NCBI GenBank assembly: GCA_964016885.1
Contig: OZ024744.1
Coordinates: forward strand, 101,618,001-101,682,000
DNA: 64,000 bases
Origin: Eledone cirrhosa
Taxonomy: Eukaryota
Reading direction: 5' to 3'
A model generated the notes under the pieces. It was not told the origin of the DNA and searched no databases. It was given only the letters and a program-made list of their open reading frames with translations. The translations under genes were made by a program, and so were the position numbers. Shown one piece after another: positions 36,360 through 49,839 of this stretch (the stretch's first letter is position 1; each line of letters starts with the position of its first letter).

Positions 36360-39033
36360 GTTTATTGTTGGCTTTGTTTATTCTTGGTTTGTTTATTGTT
36401 GGCTTTATTTATTGTTGGTTTGTTTATTACTGGCTTTGTTTATTGTTGGTTTGTTTATTGTTGGCTTTGTTTATTGTTGGTTTATTTATTGTTGGCTTTG
36501 TTTATTGTTGGTTTGTTTATTGTTGGCTTTGTTTATTGTTGGTTTGTTTGTTGTTGGTTTGTTTATTGTTGGCTTTGTTTATCGTTGGTTTATTTATTGT
36601 TGGCTTTGTTTATTGTTGGTTTGTTTATTGTTTGTTTGTTTATTGTTGGTTTGTTTATTATTAGCTTTGTTTATTGTTGGCTTTGTTTATTGTTGGTTTG
36701 TTTATTGTTGGCTTTGTTTATTTTTGGTTTGTTTATTACTGGCTTTGTTTATTGTTGGTTTGTTTATTATTGGCTTTGTTTATTGTTGGTTTGTTTATTG
36801 TTGGTTTGTTTAGTGTTGGCTTTGTTTATTGTTGGTTTGCGTATTGTTGGCTTTGATTATTGTTGGTTTGTTTATTGTTGGCTTTGTTTATTGTTGGTTT
36901 GTTTATTGCTGGCTTTGTTTAATGTTGGTTTGTTTATTGTTGGCTTTGTTTATTGTCTGTTTGTTTCTTGTTGACTTTGTTTATTGTTTATTTGTTTATT
37001 GTTGGCTTTGTTTATTGTTGGTTTGTTTATTGCTGGCTTTGTTTATTGTTGGTTTGTTTATTGCTGGCTTTGTTTAATGTTGGTTTGTTTATTGTTGGCT
37101 TTGTTTATTGTTGGTTTGTTTCTTGTTGACTTTGTTTATTGTTTATTTGTTTATTGTTGGCTTTGTTTATTGTTGGTTTGTTTATTGTTGGCTTATTTAT
37201 TGTTGGTTTGTTTATTACTGGCTTTGTTTATTGTTGGTTTGTTTATTGTTGGCTTTGTTTATTGTTGGTTTGTTTATTGTTGGTTTGTTTACTGATGGTG
37301 CGTTTATTGTTGGTTTGTTTATTGTTGGCTTTGTTTATTGTTGGTTTGTTTATTGTTGGCATTGTTTATTTTTGGTTTGTTTATTACTGGCTTTTTTATT
37401 GTTGGCTTGTTTATTATTGGCTTTGTTTATTGTTGGTTTGTTTATTGTTGGTTTGTTTAGTGTTGGCTTTGTTTATTGTTGGTTTGCTTATTGTTGGCTT
37501 TGATTATTGTTGGTTTGTTTATTGTTGGCTTTGTTTATTGTTGGTTTGTTTATTATTGGCTTTAATTATTGCTGGTTTGTCTATTGTTGGCTTTGTTTAT
37601 TGTTGGTTTGTTTATTGTTGGCTTTGTGCATTGTTGGTTTGTTTATTGATGGCTTTGTTTATTGTTGGTTTGTTTATTGTTGGTTTGTTTATTGTTGGTT
37701 TTGATTATTTTTGCTTTGTTTATTGTCGGCTTTGTTTATTGTTGGTTTGTTTATTGTTGCTTTGTTTAATGTTGGGTTTGTTTATTGTTGGTTTGTTTAT
37801 TGTTGGCTATGTTTATTGTTGGTTTGTTTATTGTTGGCTTTGTTTATTATTGGCTTTGTTTATTGTTGGTTTGTTTATTGTTGGTTTGTTTATTGTTGGT
37901 TTGTTTATTGTTGGCTTTGTTCATTGTTGGCTTTGTTTATTGCTGGCTTTGTATAAAGTAAGTTTGTTTATTGTTGGCTTTGTTTATTTTTGGTTTGTTT
38001 ATTGTTGGCTTTGTTTATTGTTGATTTGTTTATTGTTGGCTTTTTTTATTGTTGGTTTGTTTATTGTTGGCTTTCTTTATTGTTGGTTTGTTTATTGTTG
38101 GTTTGTTTATTGTTGGCTTTATTTATTGTTGGTTTGTTTATTGTTGGCTTTGTTTCTGGTTGGTTTTTTATTATTGGCTTTGTTTATTTTTGTTTTGTTT
38201 ATTGTTGGCTTTGTATATTTTTGGTTTGTTTATATACTGGCTTTGTTTATTGTTGGTTTGTTTATTTTTGGCTTTGTTTATAGTTGGTTTGTTTATTGTT
38301 GGTTTGTTTATTGTTGCTTTGTTTATTGTTGGTTTGTTTATTGCTGGCTTTGTTTAATTCTAGTTTGTTTATTGTTGGCTTTGTTTATTTTTTGTTTGTT
38401 TATTGTTGGCTTTGTTTATTGTTGGTTTGTTTATTGTTGGTTTGTTTATTGTTGGCTTTGTTTATTGTTGGTTTGTTTATTGTTGGCTTTGTTTATTGTT
38501 GGTTTGTTTATTGTTGGCTTTGTTTATTGTTGGTTTGTTTATTATTGGCTTTAATTATTGTTGGTTTGTCTATTGTTGGCTTTAATTATTGTTGGTTTGT
38601 CTATTGTTGGCTTTGTTTATTGCTGGCTTTGTTTAATTCTAGTTTGTTTATTGTTGGCTTTGTTTATTTTTTGTTTGTTTATTGTTGGCTTTGTTTATTG
38701 ATGGCTTTGTTTATTGTTGATTTGTTTATTGTTGGTTTGTTTATTGTTGGTTTGTTTATTGTTGGCTTTGTTTATTCTTGGTTTGTTTATTGTTGGCATT
38801 GTCTATTGTTGGTTTCTTTATTGTTGGTTTTGTTTATTGTTGGTTTGCTTATCGTTAGCTTTGTTTGATGTTCGTTTATTTATTGTTAGTTTTGTTTATT
38901 GTTGGTTTCTTTATTGTTGGCTTTGTTTATTGTTGGTTTGTTTATTATTGGCTTTGTTTATTGTTGGTTTGTTTATTATTGGCTTTTTTATTGCTGGTTT
39001 GTTTATCGTTGGCTTTGTTTATTGTTGTCAGTC

Positions 39034-39957
39034 AGTCTAATTATTTACTGTCTATAGTTAGTCTAATACTTTACAGTCTATAGTTAGTCTAATACTTTAC
39101 AGTTTATAGTTAGTCTAATACTTTACAGTTTATAGTTAGTCTAATACTTTACTGTCTTATGAGAAGCTAAATATAATGGGCTTATGAGAAGCTAAGTATT
39201 ATGGTCTTATGACAAGCTAAATATGGCCTTATGAGATGCTAACTATGGTCTTATGAGAAGATAAATATTGTGGTCTTATGAGAAGATAAATATGGTTTTT
39301 ATGAGAAGCTAAATATTATGGTCTTATGAAAACTTAAATACTTATGAGAAGTTAAATATTATGGTCTTATGAGAAGCTAAATATGGTCTTATGTAAATTT
39401 AGATATTATGGTCTTATGAGAAGCTAAATACAGTGTTCTTATGAGAAGCTAAATATGGTCTTATGAGAAGTTAAATCCAACCTGATGAGAAACTAAACTT
39501 TATGGTCTCAGAAGCTAAATATTATGCCTGTATTAGAAGTTAAATATGGTCTTATGTGAAGCTAAATATTGTGTCATTATGAATGGCTCAATCTGGTCTT
39601 ATGAGAAGTTAAAAGTTATAGTCTTATGAGAAGTTGAAAATTGCGGTCTTATGAGAAGTTAAACATTATTGTCTTATAAGAAGCTAATTATATTCTCATG
39701 CAGAACTAAATATGGTTTTATTGGAAGCTAGATAATACGGTCTTATGAGAAGCTAAATATTATGCTCTTATTAGAAGTTGAATATTAGGGTCTTGTGAGC
39801 ATCTAAACATTATGGTCTTAACAGTAGCTCAATAATATGGTCTTGTGAGAAGCTGAATATTATTGTCTTATAGGAAGCTAAATATTATGGTCTTATGAGA
39901 AACTAAATATGGTCTTATGAGAAGCTTAATATTATGGTCTTATGAGAAGATAATTAT
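39034..39957 (+). repeat. Long cassette 5 (924 bp), subtype beta, missing one SatB unit
   Basis: Only five SatB starts (39034, 39060, 39086, 39112, 39138). SatC part is full length. Confidence 0.93.
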
Positions 39958-40359
39958 GTTTATTGTTGGCTTTGTTTATTCTTGGTTTGTTTATTGTTGG
40001 CTTTATTTATTGTTGGTTTGTTTATTACTGGCTTTGTTTATTGTTGGTTTGTTTATTGTTGGCTTTGTTTATTGTTGGTTTATTTATTGTTGGCTTTGTT
40101 TATTGTTGGTTTGTTTATTGTTGGCTTTGTTTATTGTTGGTTTGTTTGTTGTTGGTTTGTTTATTGTTGGTTTTGTTTATCGTTGGTTTATTTATTGTTG
40201 GCTTTGTTTATTGTTGGTTTGTTTATTGTTTGTTTGTTTATTGTTGGTTTGTTTATTATTAGCTTTGTTTATTGTTGGCTTTGTTTATTGTTGGTTTGTT
40301 TATTGTTGGCTTTGTTTATTTTTGGTTTGTTTATTACTGGCTTTGTTTATTGTTGGTTT

Positions 40360-41715
40360 GTTTATTATTGGCTTTGTTTATTGTTGGTTTGTTTATTGTT
40401 GGTTTGTTTAGTGTTGGCTTTGTTTATTGTTGGTTTGCGTATTGTTGGCTTTGATTATTGTTGGTTTGTTTATTGTTGGCTTTGTTTATTGTTGGTTTGT
40501 TTATTGCTGGCTTTGTTTAATGTTGGTTTGTTTATTGTTGGCTTTGTTTATTGTTGGTTTGTTTCTTGTTGACTTTGTTTATTGTTTATTTGTTTATTGT
40601 TGGCTTTGTTTATTGTTGGTTTGTTTATTGCTGGCTTTGTTTATTGTTGGTTTGTTTATTGCTGGCTTTGTTTAATGTTGGTTTGTTTATTGTTGGCTTT
40701 GTTTATTGTTGGTTTGTTTCTTGTTGACTTTGTTTATTGTTTATTTGTTTATTGTTGGCTTTGTTTATTGTTGGTTTGTTTATTGTTGGCTTATTTATTG
40801 TTGGTTTGTTTATTACTGGCTTTGTTTATTGTTGGTTTGTTTATTGTTGGCTTTGTTTATTGTTGGTTTGTTTATTGTTGGTTTGTTTACTGATGGTGCG
40901 TTTATTGTTGGTTTGTTTATTGTTGGCTTTGTTTATTGTTGGTTTGTTTATTGTTGGCATTGTTTATTTTTGGTTTGTTTATTACTGGCTTTTTTATTGT
41001 TGGTTTGTTTATTATTGGCTTTGTTTATTGTTGGTTTGTTTATTATTGGCTTTGTTTATTGTTGGTTTGTTTATTGTTGGTTTGTTTAGTGTTGGCTTTG
41101 TTTATTGTTGGTTTGCGTATTGTTGGCTTTGATTATTGTTGGTTTGTTTATTGTTGGCTTTGTTTATTGTTGGTTTGTTTATTGCTGGCTTTGTTTAATG
41201 TTGGTTTGTTTATTGTTGGCTTTGTTTATTGTTGGTTTGTTTCTTGTTGACTTTGTTTATTGTTTATTTGTTTATTGTTGGCTTTGTTTATTGTTGGTTT
41301 GTTTATTGCTGGCTTTGTTTATTGTTGGTTTGTTTATTGCTGGCTTTGTTTAATGTTGGTTTGTTTATTGTTGGCTTTGTTTATTGTTGGTTTGTTTCTT
41401 GTTGACTTTGTTTATTGTTTATTTGTTTATTGTTGGCTTTGTTTATTGTTGGTTTGTTTATTGTTGGCTTATTTATTGTTGGTTTGTTTATTACTGGCTT
41501 TGTTTATTGTTGGTTTGTTTATTGTTGGCTTTGTTTATTGTTGGTTTGTTTATTGTTGGTTTGTTTACTGATGGTGCGTTTATTGTTGGTTTGTTTATTG
41601 TTGGCTTTGTTTATTGTTGGTTTGTTTATTGTTGGCATTGCTTATTTTTGGTTTGTTTATTACTGGCTTTTTTATTGTTGGTTTGTTTATTATTGGCTTT
41701 GTTTATTGTTGGTTT
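40360..41715 (+). repeat. 678-bp tandem duplication inside a SatA spacer
   Basis: Identical or near-identical translations at 40427/41105, 40582/41260 and 40706/41384. Markers TTTGCGTATTG and TACTGATGGTGCG each appear twice. Ends are approximate. Confidence 0.85.
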
Positions 41716-43896
41716 GTTTATTGTTGGTTTGTTTAGTGTTGGCTTTGTTTATTGTTGGTTTGCTTATTGTTGGCTTTGATTATTGTTGGTTTGTTTATTG
41801 TTGGCTTTGTTTATTGTTGGTTTGTTTATTATTGGCTTTAATTATTGCTGGTTTGTCTATTGTTCGCTTTGTTTATTGTTGGTTTGTTTATTGTTGGCTT
41901 TGTTTATTGTTGGTTTGTTTATTGTTGGCTTTGTGCATTGTTGGTTTGTTTATTGATGGCTTTGTTTATTGTTGGTTTGTTTATTGTTGGTTTGTTTATT
42001 GTTGGTTTTGATTATTTTTGCTTTGTTTATTGTCGACTTTGTTTATTGTTGGTTTGTTTATTGTTGCTTTGTTTAATGTTGGGTTTGTTTATTGTTGGTT
42101 TGTTTATTGTTGGCTATGTTTATTGTTGGTTTGTTTATTGTTGGCTTTGTTTATTATTGGCTTTGTTTATTGTTGGTTTGTTTATTGTTGGTTTGTTTAT
42201 TGTTGGTTTGTTTATTGTTGGTTTGTTTATTGTTGGCTTTGTTCATTGTTGGCTTTGTTTATTGCTGGCTTTGTATAAAGTAAGTTTGTTTATTGTTGGC
42301 TTTGTTTATTTTTGGTTTGTTTATTGTTGGCTTTGTTTATTGTTGATTTGTTTATTGTTGGCTTTTTTTATTGTTGGTTTGTTTATTGTTGGCTTTCTTT
42401 ATTGTTGGTTTGATTATTGTTGGTTTGTTTATTGTTGGCTTTATTTATTGTTGGTTTGTTTATTGTTGGCTTTGTTTCTGGTTGGTTTTTTATTATTGGC
42501 TTTGTTTATTTTTGTTTTGTTTATTGTTGGCTTTGTATATTTTTGGTTTGTTTATATACTGGCTTTGTTTATTGTTGGTTTGTTTATTTTTGGCTTTGTT
42601 TATAGTTGGTTTGTTTATTGTTGGTTTGTTTATTGTTGGCTTTGTTTATTGTTGGTTTGTTTATTGCTGGCTTTGTTTAATTTTAGTTTGTTTATTGTTG
42701 GCTTTGTTTATTTTTTGTTTGTTTATTGTTGGCTTTGTTTATTGTTGGTTTGTTTATTGTTGGTTTGTTTATTGTTGGCTTTGTTTATTGTTGGTTTGTT
42801 TATTGTTGGCTTTGTTTATTGCTGGTTTGTTTATTGTTGGCTTCGTTTATTGTTGGTTTGTTTATTATTGGCTTTAATTATTGTTGGTTTGTCTATTGTT
42901 GGCTTTGTTTATTGTTGGTTTGTTTATTGTTGGCTTTGTTTATTGTTGGTTTGTTTATTGTTGGCTTTGTTTATTATGGGTTTGTTTATTGTTGGCTTTT
43001 TTATTGTTGGTTTGTTTATTGTTGGCTTTGTTTATTGTTCGTTTGTTTATTGTTGGTTTGTTTATTGTTGGCTTTGTTTATTGTTGGTTTGTTTATTGTT
43101 GGCTTTGTTTATTGTTGGTTTGTTTATTATTTGCTTTGTTTATTGTTGGTTTGTTTATTGTTGGCTTTGTTTATTTTTGGTTTGTTTATTACTGGCTTTG
43201 TTTATTGTTGGTTTGTTTATTGTCGGCTTCGTTTATTGTTGGTTTGTTTATTGTTGGCTTTGTTTATTGTTGGCTTTTTTATTGTTGGTTTGTTTATTGA
43301 TGGCTTTGTTTATTGTTGGTTTGTTTATTATTGTCTTTGTTTATTGTTGGTTTCTTTATTGTTGGCTTTGTTTATTGATGGTTTGTTTATTGTTGGTTTT
43401 GTTTATTGTTGGTTTGTTTATTGGTGGCTTTGTTTATTGTTGGCTTGTTTATTGTTGGCTTTGTTTATTGTTGGCTTTGTTTATTGTTGGTTTGTTTATT
43501 ATTAGCTTTAATTATTGTTGGTTTGTCTATTGTTGGCTTTGTTTATTGTTGGTTTGTTTATTGTTGGCTTTGTTTATTGTTGCTTTCTTTATTGATGGCT
43601 TTGTTTATTGTTGATTTGTTTATAGTCGGTTTGTTTATTGTTGGTTTGTTTATTGTTGGCTTTGTTTATTGTTGGTTTCTTTATTGTTGGTTTTGTTTAT
43701 TGTTGGTTTGTTTATCGTTAGCTTTGTTTAATGTTCGTTTATTTATTGTTAGTTTTGTTTATTGTTGGTTTCATTATTGTTGGCTTTGTTTATTGTTGGT
43801 TTGTTTATTATTGGCTTTGTTTATTGTTGGTTTGTTTATTATTGGCTTTTTTATTGCTGGTTTGTTTATCGTTGGCTTTGTTTATTGTTGTCAGTC

Positions 43897-44846
43897 AGTC
43901 TAATTATTTACAGTCTATAGTTAGTCTAATACTTTCCAGTCTATAGTTAGTCTAATACTTTACAGTTTATAGTTAGTCTAATACTTTACTGTCTATAGTT
44001 AGTCTAATACTTTACAGCCTATAGTTAGTCTAATACTTTACTGTCTTATGAGAAGCTAAATATTATGGTCTTATAAGAAGCTAAGTATTATGGTCTTATA
44101 ACAAGCTAAATATGGCCTTATGAGATGCTAAATATGGTCTTATGAGAAGATAAATATTGTGGTCTTATGAGAAGATAAATATGGTTTTTATGAGAAACTA
44201 AATATTATGGTCTTATGAAAACTTAAATACTTATGAGAAGTTAAATATTATGGTCTTATGAGAAGCTAAATATGGTCTTATGTAAATTAAGATATTATGG
44301 TCTTATGAGAAGGTAAATACAGTTTTCTTATGAGAAGCTAAATATGGTCTTATAAGAAGTTAAATCCAACCTGATGAGAAACTAAACATTATGGTCTCAG
44401 AAGCTAAATATTATGCCTGTATTAGAAGTTAAATATGGTCTTATGTGAAGCTAAATATTGTGTCATTATGAATAGCTCAATCTGGTCTTATGAGAAGTTA
44501 AAAGTTATAGTGTTATGAGAAGTTGAAAATTGTGGTCTTATGAGAAGTTAAACATTATTGTCTTATACGAAGCTAATTATATTCTCATGCAGAACTAAAT
44601 ATGGTTTTATTGGAAGCTAGATAATACGGTCTTATGAGAAGCTAAATATTATGCTCTTATTAGAAGTTGAATATTAGGGTCTTGTGAGCATCTAAACATT
44701 ATGGTCTTAACAGTAGCTCAATAATATGGTCTTGTGAGAAGCTGAATATTATTGTCTTATAGGAAGCTAAATATTATGGTCTTATGAGAAACTAAATATG
44801 GTCTTATGAGAAGCTTAATATTATGGTCTTATGAGAAGATAATTAT
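43897..44846 (+). repeat. Long cassette 6 (950 bp), subtype gamma
   Basis: Alpha-like, plus GATGCTAAATATGG and TTATACGAAG. Carries the beta allele CCTGATGAG at ~44370. Confidence 0.95.
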
Positions 44847-46644
44847 GTTTATTGTTGGCTTTGTTTATTGTTGGTTTGTTTATTGTTGGCTTTATTTATT
44901 GTTGGTTTGTTTATTACTGGCTTTGTTTATTGTTGGTTTGTTTATTGTTGGCTTTGTTTATTGTTGGTTTATTTATTGTTGGCTTTGTTTATTGTTGGTT
45001 TGTTTATTGTTGGCTTTGTTTATTGTTGGTTTGTTTATTGTTGGTTTGTTTATTGTTGGCTTTGTTTATCGTTGGTTTATTTATTGTTGGCTTTGTATAT
45101 TGTTGGTTTGTTTATTGTTTGTTTGTTTATTGTTGGTTTGTTTATTATTAGCTTTGTTTATTGTTGGCTTTGTTTATTGTTGGTTTGTTTATTGTTGGCT
45201 TTGTTTATTGTTGGTTTGTTTATTGTTGGTTTTGTGTATTGTTGGTTTGTTTATTGTTGGTTTGTTTATTGTTGGTTTGTTTATTATTAGCTTTGTTTAT
45301 TGTTGGCTTTGTTTATTGTTGGTATGTTTATTGTTGGATTGTTTATTGTTGGCTTTGCTTATTATTGGCTTTGTTTAATGTTGGTTTGTTTATTGTTGGC
45401 TTTGTTTATTGTTGGTTTGTTTATTGATGGTTTGTTTATTGTTGGTTTGTTTATTGTTGGCTTTGTTTATTTTTGGTTTGTTTATTACTGGCTTTGTTTA
45501 TTGTTGGTTTGTTTATTGTTGGCTTTGTTTATTGTTGGTTTGTTTATTGTTGGTTTGTTTATGGCTGGCTTTGTTTAATGTTGGTTTGTTTATTTTTGGC
45601 TTTGTTTATTGTTGGATTTGTTTATTGTTGGTTTGTTTATTGTTGGCTTTGTCTATTGTTGGTTTGTTTATTGTTGGCTTTTTTTATTGCGGGTTTGTTT
45701 ATTGTTGGCTTTGTTTATTTTTGGTTTGTTTATTTTTGGCTTTGTTTATTTTTGGTTTGTTTATTATTGGCTTTGTTTATTGTTGGTTTGTTTACTGTTG
45801 GCTTTGTTTATTTTTGGTTTGTTTATTGTTGGCTTTGTTTGTTGTTGGATTTGTTTCTTGTTGGTTTGTTTATTGTTGGCTTTGTTTATTGTTGGCGTTG
45901 TTTATTGTTGGCTTTGTTTATTGTTGGTTTGTTTATTGTTGCTTTGTTTAATGTTGGGTTTATTTATTGTTGGTTTGTTTATTGTTGGCTATGTTTATTG
46001 TTGGTTTGTTTATTGTTGGCTTTGTTTATTATTGGCTTTGTTTATTGTTGGTTTGTTTATTGTTGGTTTGTTTAATGTTGGATTGTTTATTGTTGGCTTT
46101 GTTTATTGTTGGCTTGTTTATTGCTGGCTTTGTTTAATGTAAGTTTGTTTATTGTTGACTTTGTTTATTTTTTGTTTGTTTATTGTTGGCTTTCTTTATT
46201 GTTGGTTTGTTTATTGTTGGCTTTGTTTATTGTTGGTTTGTTTATTGTTGGCTTTGTTTATTGTTGGTTTGTTTATTATTGGCTTTGTTTATTGTTGGTT
46301 TGTTTATTGTTGGCTTTGTTTACCGCTGGTTAGTTTATTGGTGGCTTTGTTTATTGTTGGTTTGTTTATTGTTGGCTTTGTTTATTGTTGGCTTTGTTTA
46401 TTGTTGGTTTGTTTATTATTGGCTTTGTTTATTGTTGTTTTGCTTATTGGTGGCTTTGTTTATTGTTGGTTTGTTTATTGTTGGCTTTGTTTATAGTTGG
46501 TTTTTTTATTATTGGCTTTAATTATTGTTGGTTTGTCTATTATTGGCTTTGTTTATTGTTGGTTTCTTTATTGATGGCTTTGTTTATTGTTGATTTGTTT
46601 ATTGTTGGTTTGTTTATTGTTGGCTTTGTTTATTGCTGTCAGTC

Positions 46645-47594
46645 AGTCTAATTATTTACTGTCTATAGTTAGTCTAATACTTTCCAGTCTATAGTTAGTC
46701 TAATACTTTACAGTTTATAGTTAGTCTAATACTTTACTGTCTATAGTTAGTCTAATACTTTACAGCCTATAGTTAGTCTAATACTTTACTGTCTTATGAG
46801 AAGCTAAATATTATGGTCTTATAAGAAGCTAAGTATTATGGTCTTATAACAAGCTAAATATGGCCTTATGAGATGCTAAATATGGTCTTATGAGAAGATA
46901 AATATTGTGGTCTTATGAGAAGATAAATATGGTTTTTATGAGAAACTAAATATTTTGGTCTTATGAAAACTTAAATACTTATGAGAAGTTAAATATTATG
47001 GTCTTATGAGAAGCTAAATATGGTCTTATGTAAACTAAGATATTATGGTCTTATGAGAAGCTAAATACAGTTTTCTTATGAGAAGCTAAATATGGTCTTA
47101 TGAGAAGTTAAATCCACCCTTATGAGAAACTAAACATTATGGTCTCAGAAGCTAAATATTATGCCTGTATTAGAAGTTAAATATGGTCTTATGTGAAGCT
47201 AAATATTGTGTCATTATGAATAGCTCAATCTGGTCTTATGAGAAGTTAAAAGTTATAGTCTTATGAGAAGTTGAAAATTGTGGTCTTATGAGAAGTTAAA
47301 CATTATTGTCTTATACGAAGCTAATTATATTCTCATGCAGAACTAAATATGGTTTTATTGGAAGCTAGATAATACGGTCTTATGAGAAGCTAAATATTAT
47401 GCTCTTATTAGAAGTTGAATATTAGGGTCTTGTGAGCATCTAAACATTATGGTCTTAACAGTAGCTCAATAATATGGTCTTGTGAGAAGCTGAATATTAT
47501 TGTCTTATAGGAAGCTAAATATTATGGTCTTATGAGAAACTAAATATGGTCTTATGAGAAGCTTAATATTATGGTCTTATGAGAAGATAATTAT
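46645..47594 (+). repeat. Long cassette 7 (950 bp), subtype gamma
   Basis: GATGCTAAATATGG and TTATACGAAG present. Colinear with the others. Confidence 0.95.
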
Positions 47595-49839
47595 GTTTAT
47601 TGTTGGCTTTGTTTATTGTTGGTTTGTTTATTGTTGGCTTTATTTATTGTTGGTTTGTTTATTACTGGCTTTGTTTATTGTTGGTTTGTTAATTGTTGGC
47701 TTTGTTTATTGTTGGTTTATTTATTGTTGGCTTTGTTTATTGTTGGTTTGTTTATTGTTGGCTTTGTTTATTGTTGGTTTGTTTATTGTTGGTTTGTTTA
47801 TTTTTGGCTTTGTTTATCGTTGGTTTATTTATTGTTGGCTTTGTATATTGTTGGTTTGTTTATTGTTGGTTTGTTTATTGTTGGTTTGTTTTTTATTAGC
47901 TTTGTTTATTGTTGGCTTTGTTTATTGTTGGTTTGTTTATTGTTGGCTTTGTTTATTGTTGGATTGTTTATTGTTGGTTTTGTGTATTGTTGGTTTGTTT
48001 ATTGTTGGTTTGTTTATTGTTGGTTTGTTTATTATTAGCTTTGTTTATTGTTGGCTTTGTTTATTGTTGGTATGTTTATTGTTGGATTGTTTATTGTTGG
48101 CTTTGCTTATTATTGGCTTTGTTTAATGTTGGTTTGTTTATTGTTGGCTTTGTTTATTGTTGGTTTGTTTATTGATGGTTTGTTTATTGTTGGTTTGTTT
48201 ATTGTTGGCTTTGTTTATTTTTGGTTTGTTTATTACTGGCTTTGTTTATTGTTGGTTTGTTTATTGTTGGCTTTGTTTATTGTTGGTTTGTTTATTGTTG
48301 GTTTGTTTATGGCTGGCTTTGTTTAATGTTGGTTTGTTTATTTTTGGCTTTGTTTATTGTTGGATTTGTTTATTGTTGGTTTGTTTATTGTTGGCTTTGT
48401 CTATTGTTGGTTTGTTTATTGTTGGCTTTTTTTATTGCGGTTTTGTTTATTGTTGGCTTTGTTTATTTTTGGTTTGTTTACTTTTGGCTTTGTTTATTTT
48501 TGGTTTGTTTATTATTGGCTTTGTTTATTGTTGGTTTGTTTACTGTTGGCTTTGTTTATTTTTGGTTTGTTTATTGTTGGCTTTGTTTGTTGTTGGATTT
48601 GTTTCTTGTTGGTTTGTTTATTGTTGGCTTTGTTTATTGTTGGCGTTGATTATTGTTGGCTTTGTTTATTGTTGGTTTGTTTATTGTTGCTTTGTTTAAT
48701 GTTGGGTTTATTTATTGTTGGTTTGTTTATTGTTGGCTATGTTTATTGTTGGTTTGTTTATTGTTGGCTTTGTTTATTATTGGCTTTGTTTATTGTTGGT
48801 TTGTTTATTGTTGGTTTGTTTAATGTTGGATTGTTTATTGTTGGCATTGTTTATTGTTGGCTTGTTTATTGCTGGCTTTGTTTAATGTAAGTTTGTTTAT
48901 TGTTGACTTTGTTTATTTTTGGTTTGTTTATTGTTGGCTTTGTTTATTGTTGGTTTGTTTATTGTTGGCTTTGTTTATTGTTGGTTTGTTTATTGTTGGC
49001 TTTGTTTATTGTTGGTTTGTTTATTATTGGCTTTGTTTATTGTTGGTTTGTTTATTGTTGGCTTTGTTTATTGTTGGTTTGTTTATTGTTGGCTTTGTTT
49101 ACCGCTGGTTTGTTTATTGGTGGCTTTGTTTATTGTTGGTTTGTTTATTGTTGGCTTTGTTTATTGTTGTTTTGCTTACTGGTGGCTTTGTTTATTGTTG
49201 GTTCGTTTATTGTTGGCTTTGTTTATAGTTGGTTTTTTTATTATTGGCTTTAATTATTGTTGGTTTGTCTATTATTGGCTTTGTTTATTGTTGGTTTCTT
49301 TATTGATGGCTTTGTTTATTGTTGATTTGTTTATTGTTGGTTTGTTTATTGTTGGCTTTGTTTATTGTTGGTTTGTTTATTGTTCATTTGTTTATTGATG
49401 GTTTGTTTATTGTTGGTATGTTTCTTGTTGACTTTGTTTATTGTTGGTTTGTTTATTGGTGGCTTTGTTTATTGTTGGCTTGTTTATTGTTGGCTTTGTT
49501 TATTGTTGGCTTTGTTTATTGTTGGTTTGTTTATTATTGGCTTTAATTATTGTTGGTTTGTCTATTGTTGGCTTTGTTTATTGTTGGTTTGTTTATTGTT
49601 GGCTTTGTTTATTGTTGGTTTCTTTATTGTTGGTTTTGTTTATTGTTGGTTTGTTTATCGTTAGCTTTGTTTAATGTTCGTTTATTTATTGTTAGTTTTG
49701 TTTATTGTTGGTTTCATTATTGTTGGCTTTGTTTATTGTTGGTTTGTTTATTATTGGCTTTGTTTATTGTTGGTTTGTTTATTATTGGCTTTTTTATTGC
49801 TGGTTTGTTTATCGTTGGCTTTGTTTATTGTTGTCAGTC

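Larger units (their letters stand above)
24144..38950 (+). repeat. 7.43-kb higher-order repeat (alpha unit + beta unit) x2
   Basis: Matching offsets 24144/31574 and 25099/32529 (7430); 26580/34009, 27981/35410, 28890/36319 and 29710/37139 (7429). Confidence 0.9.
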
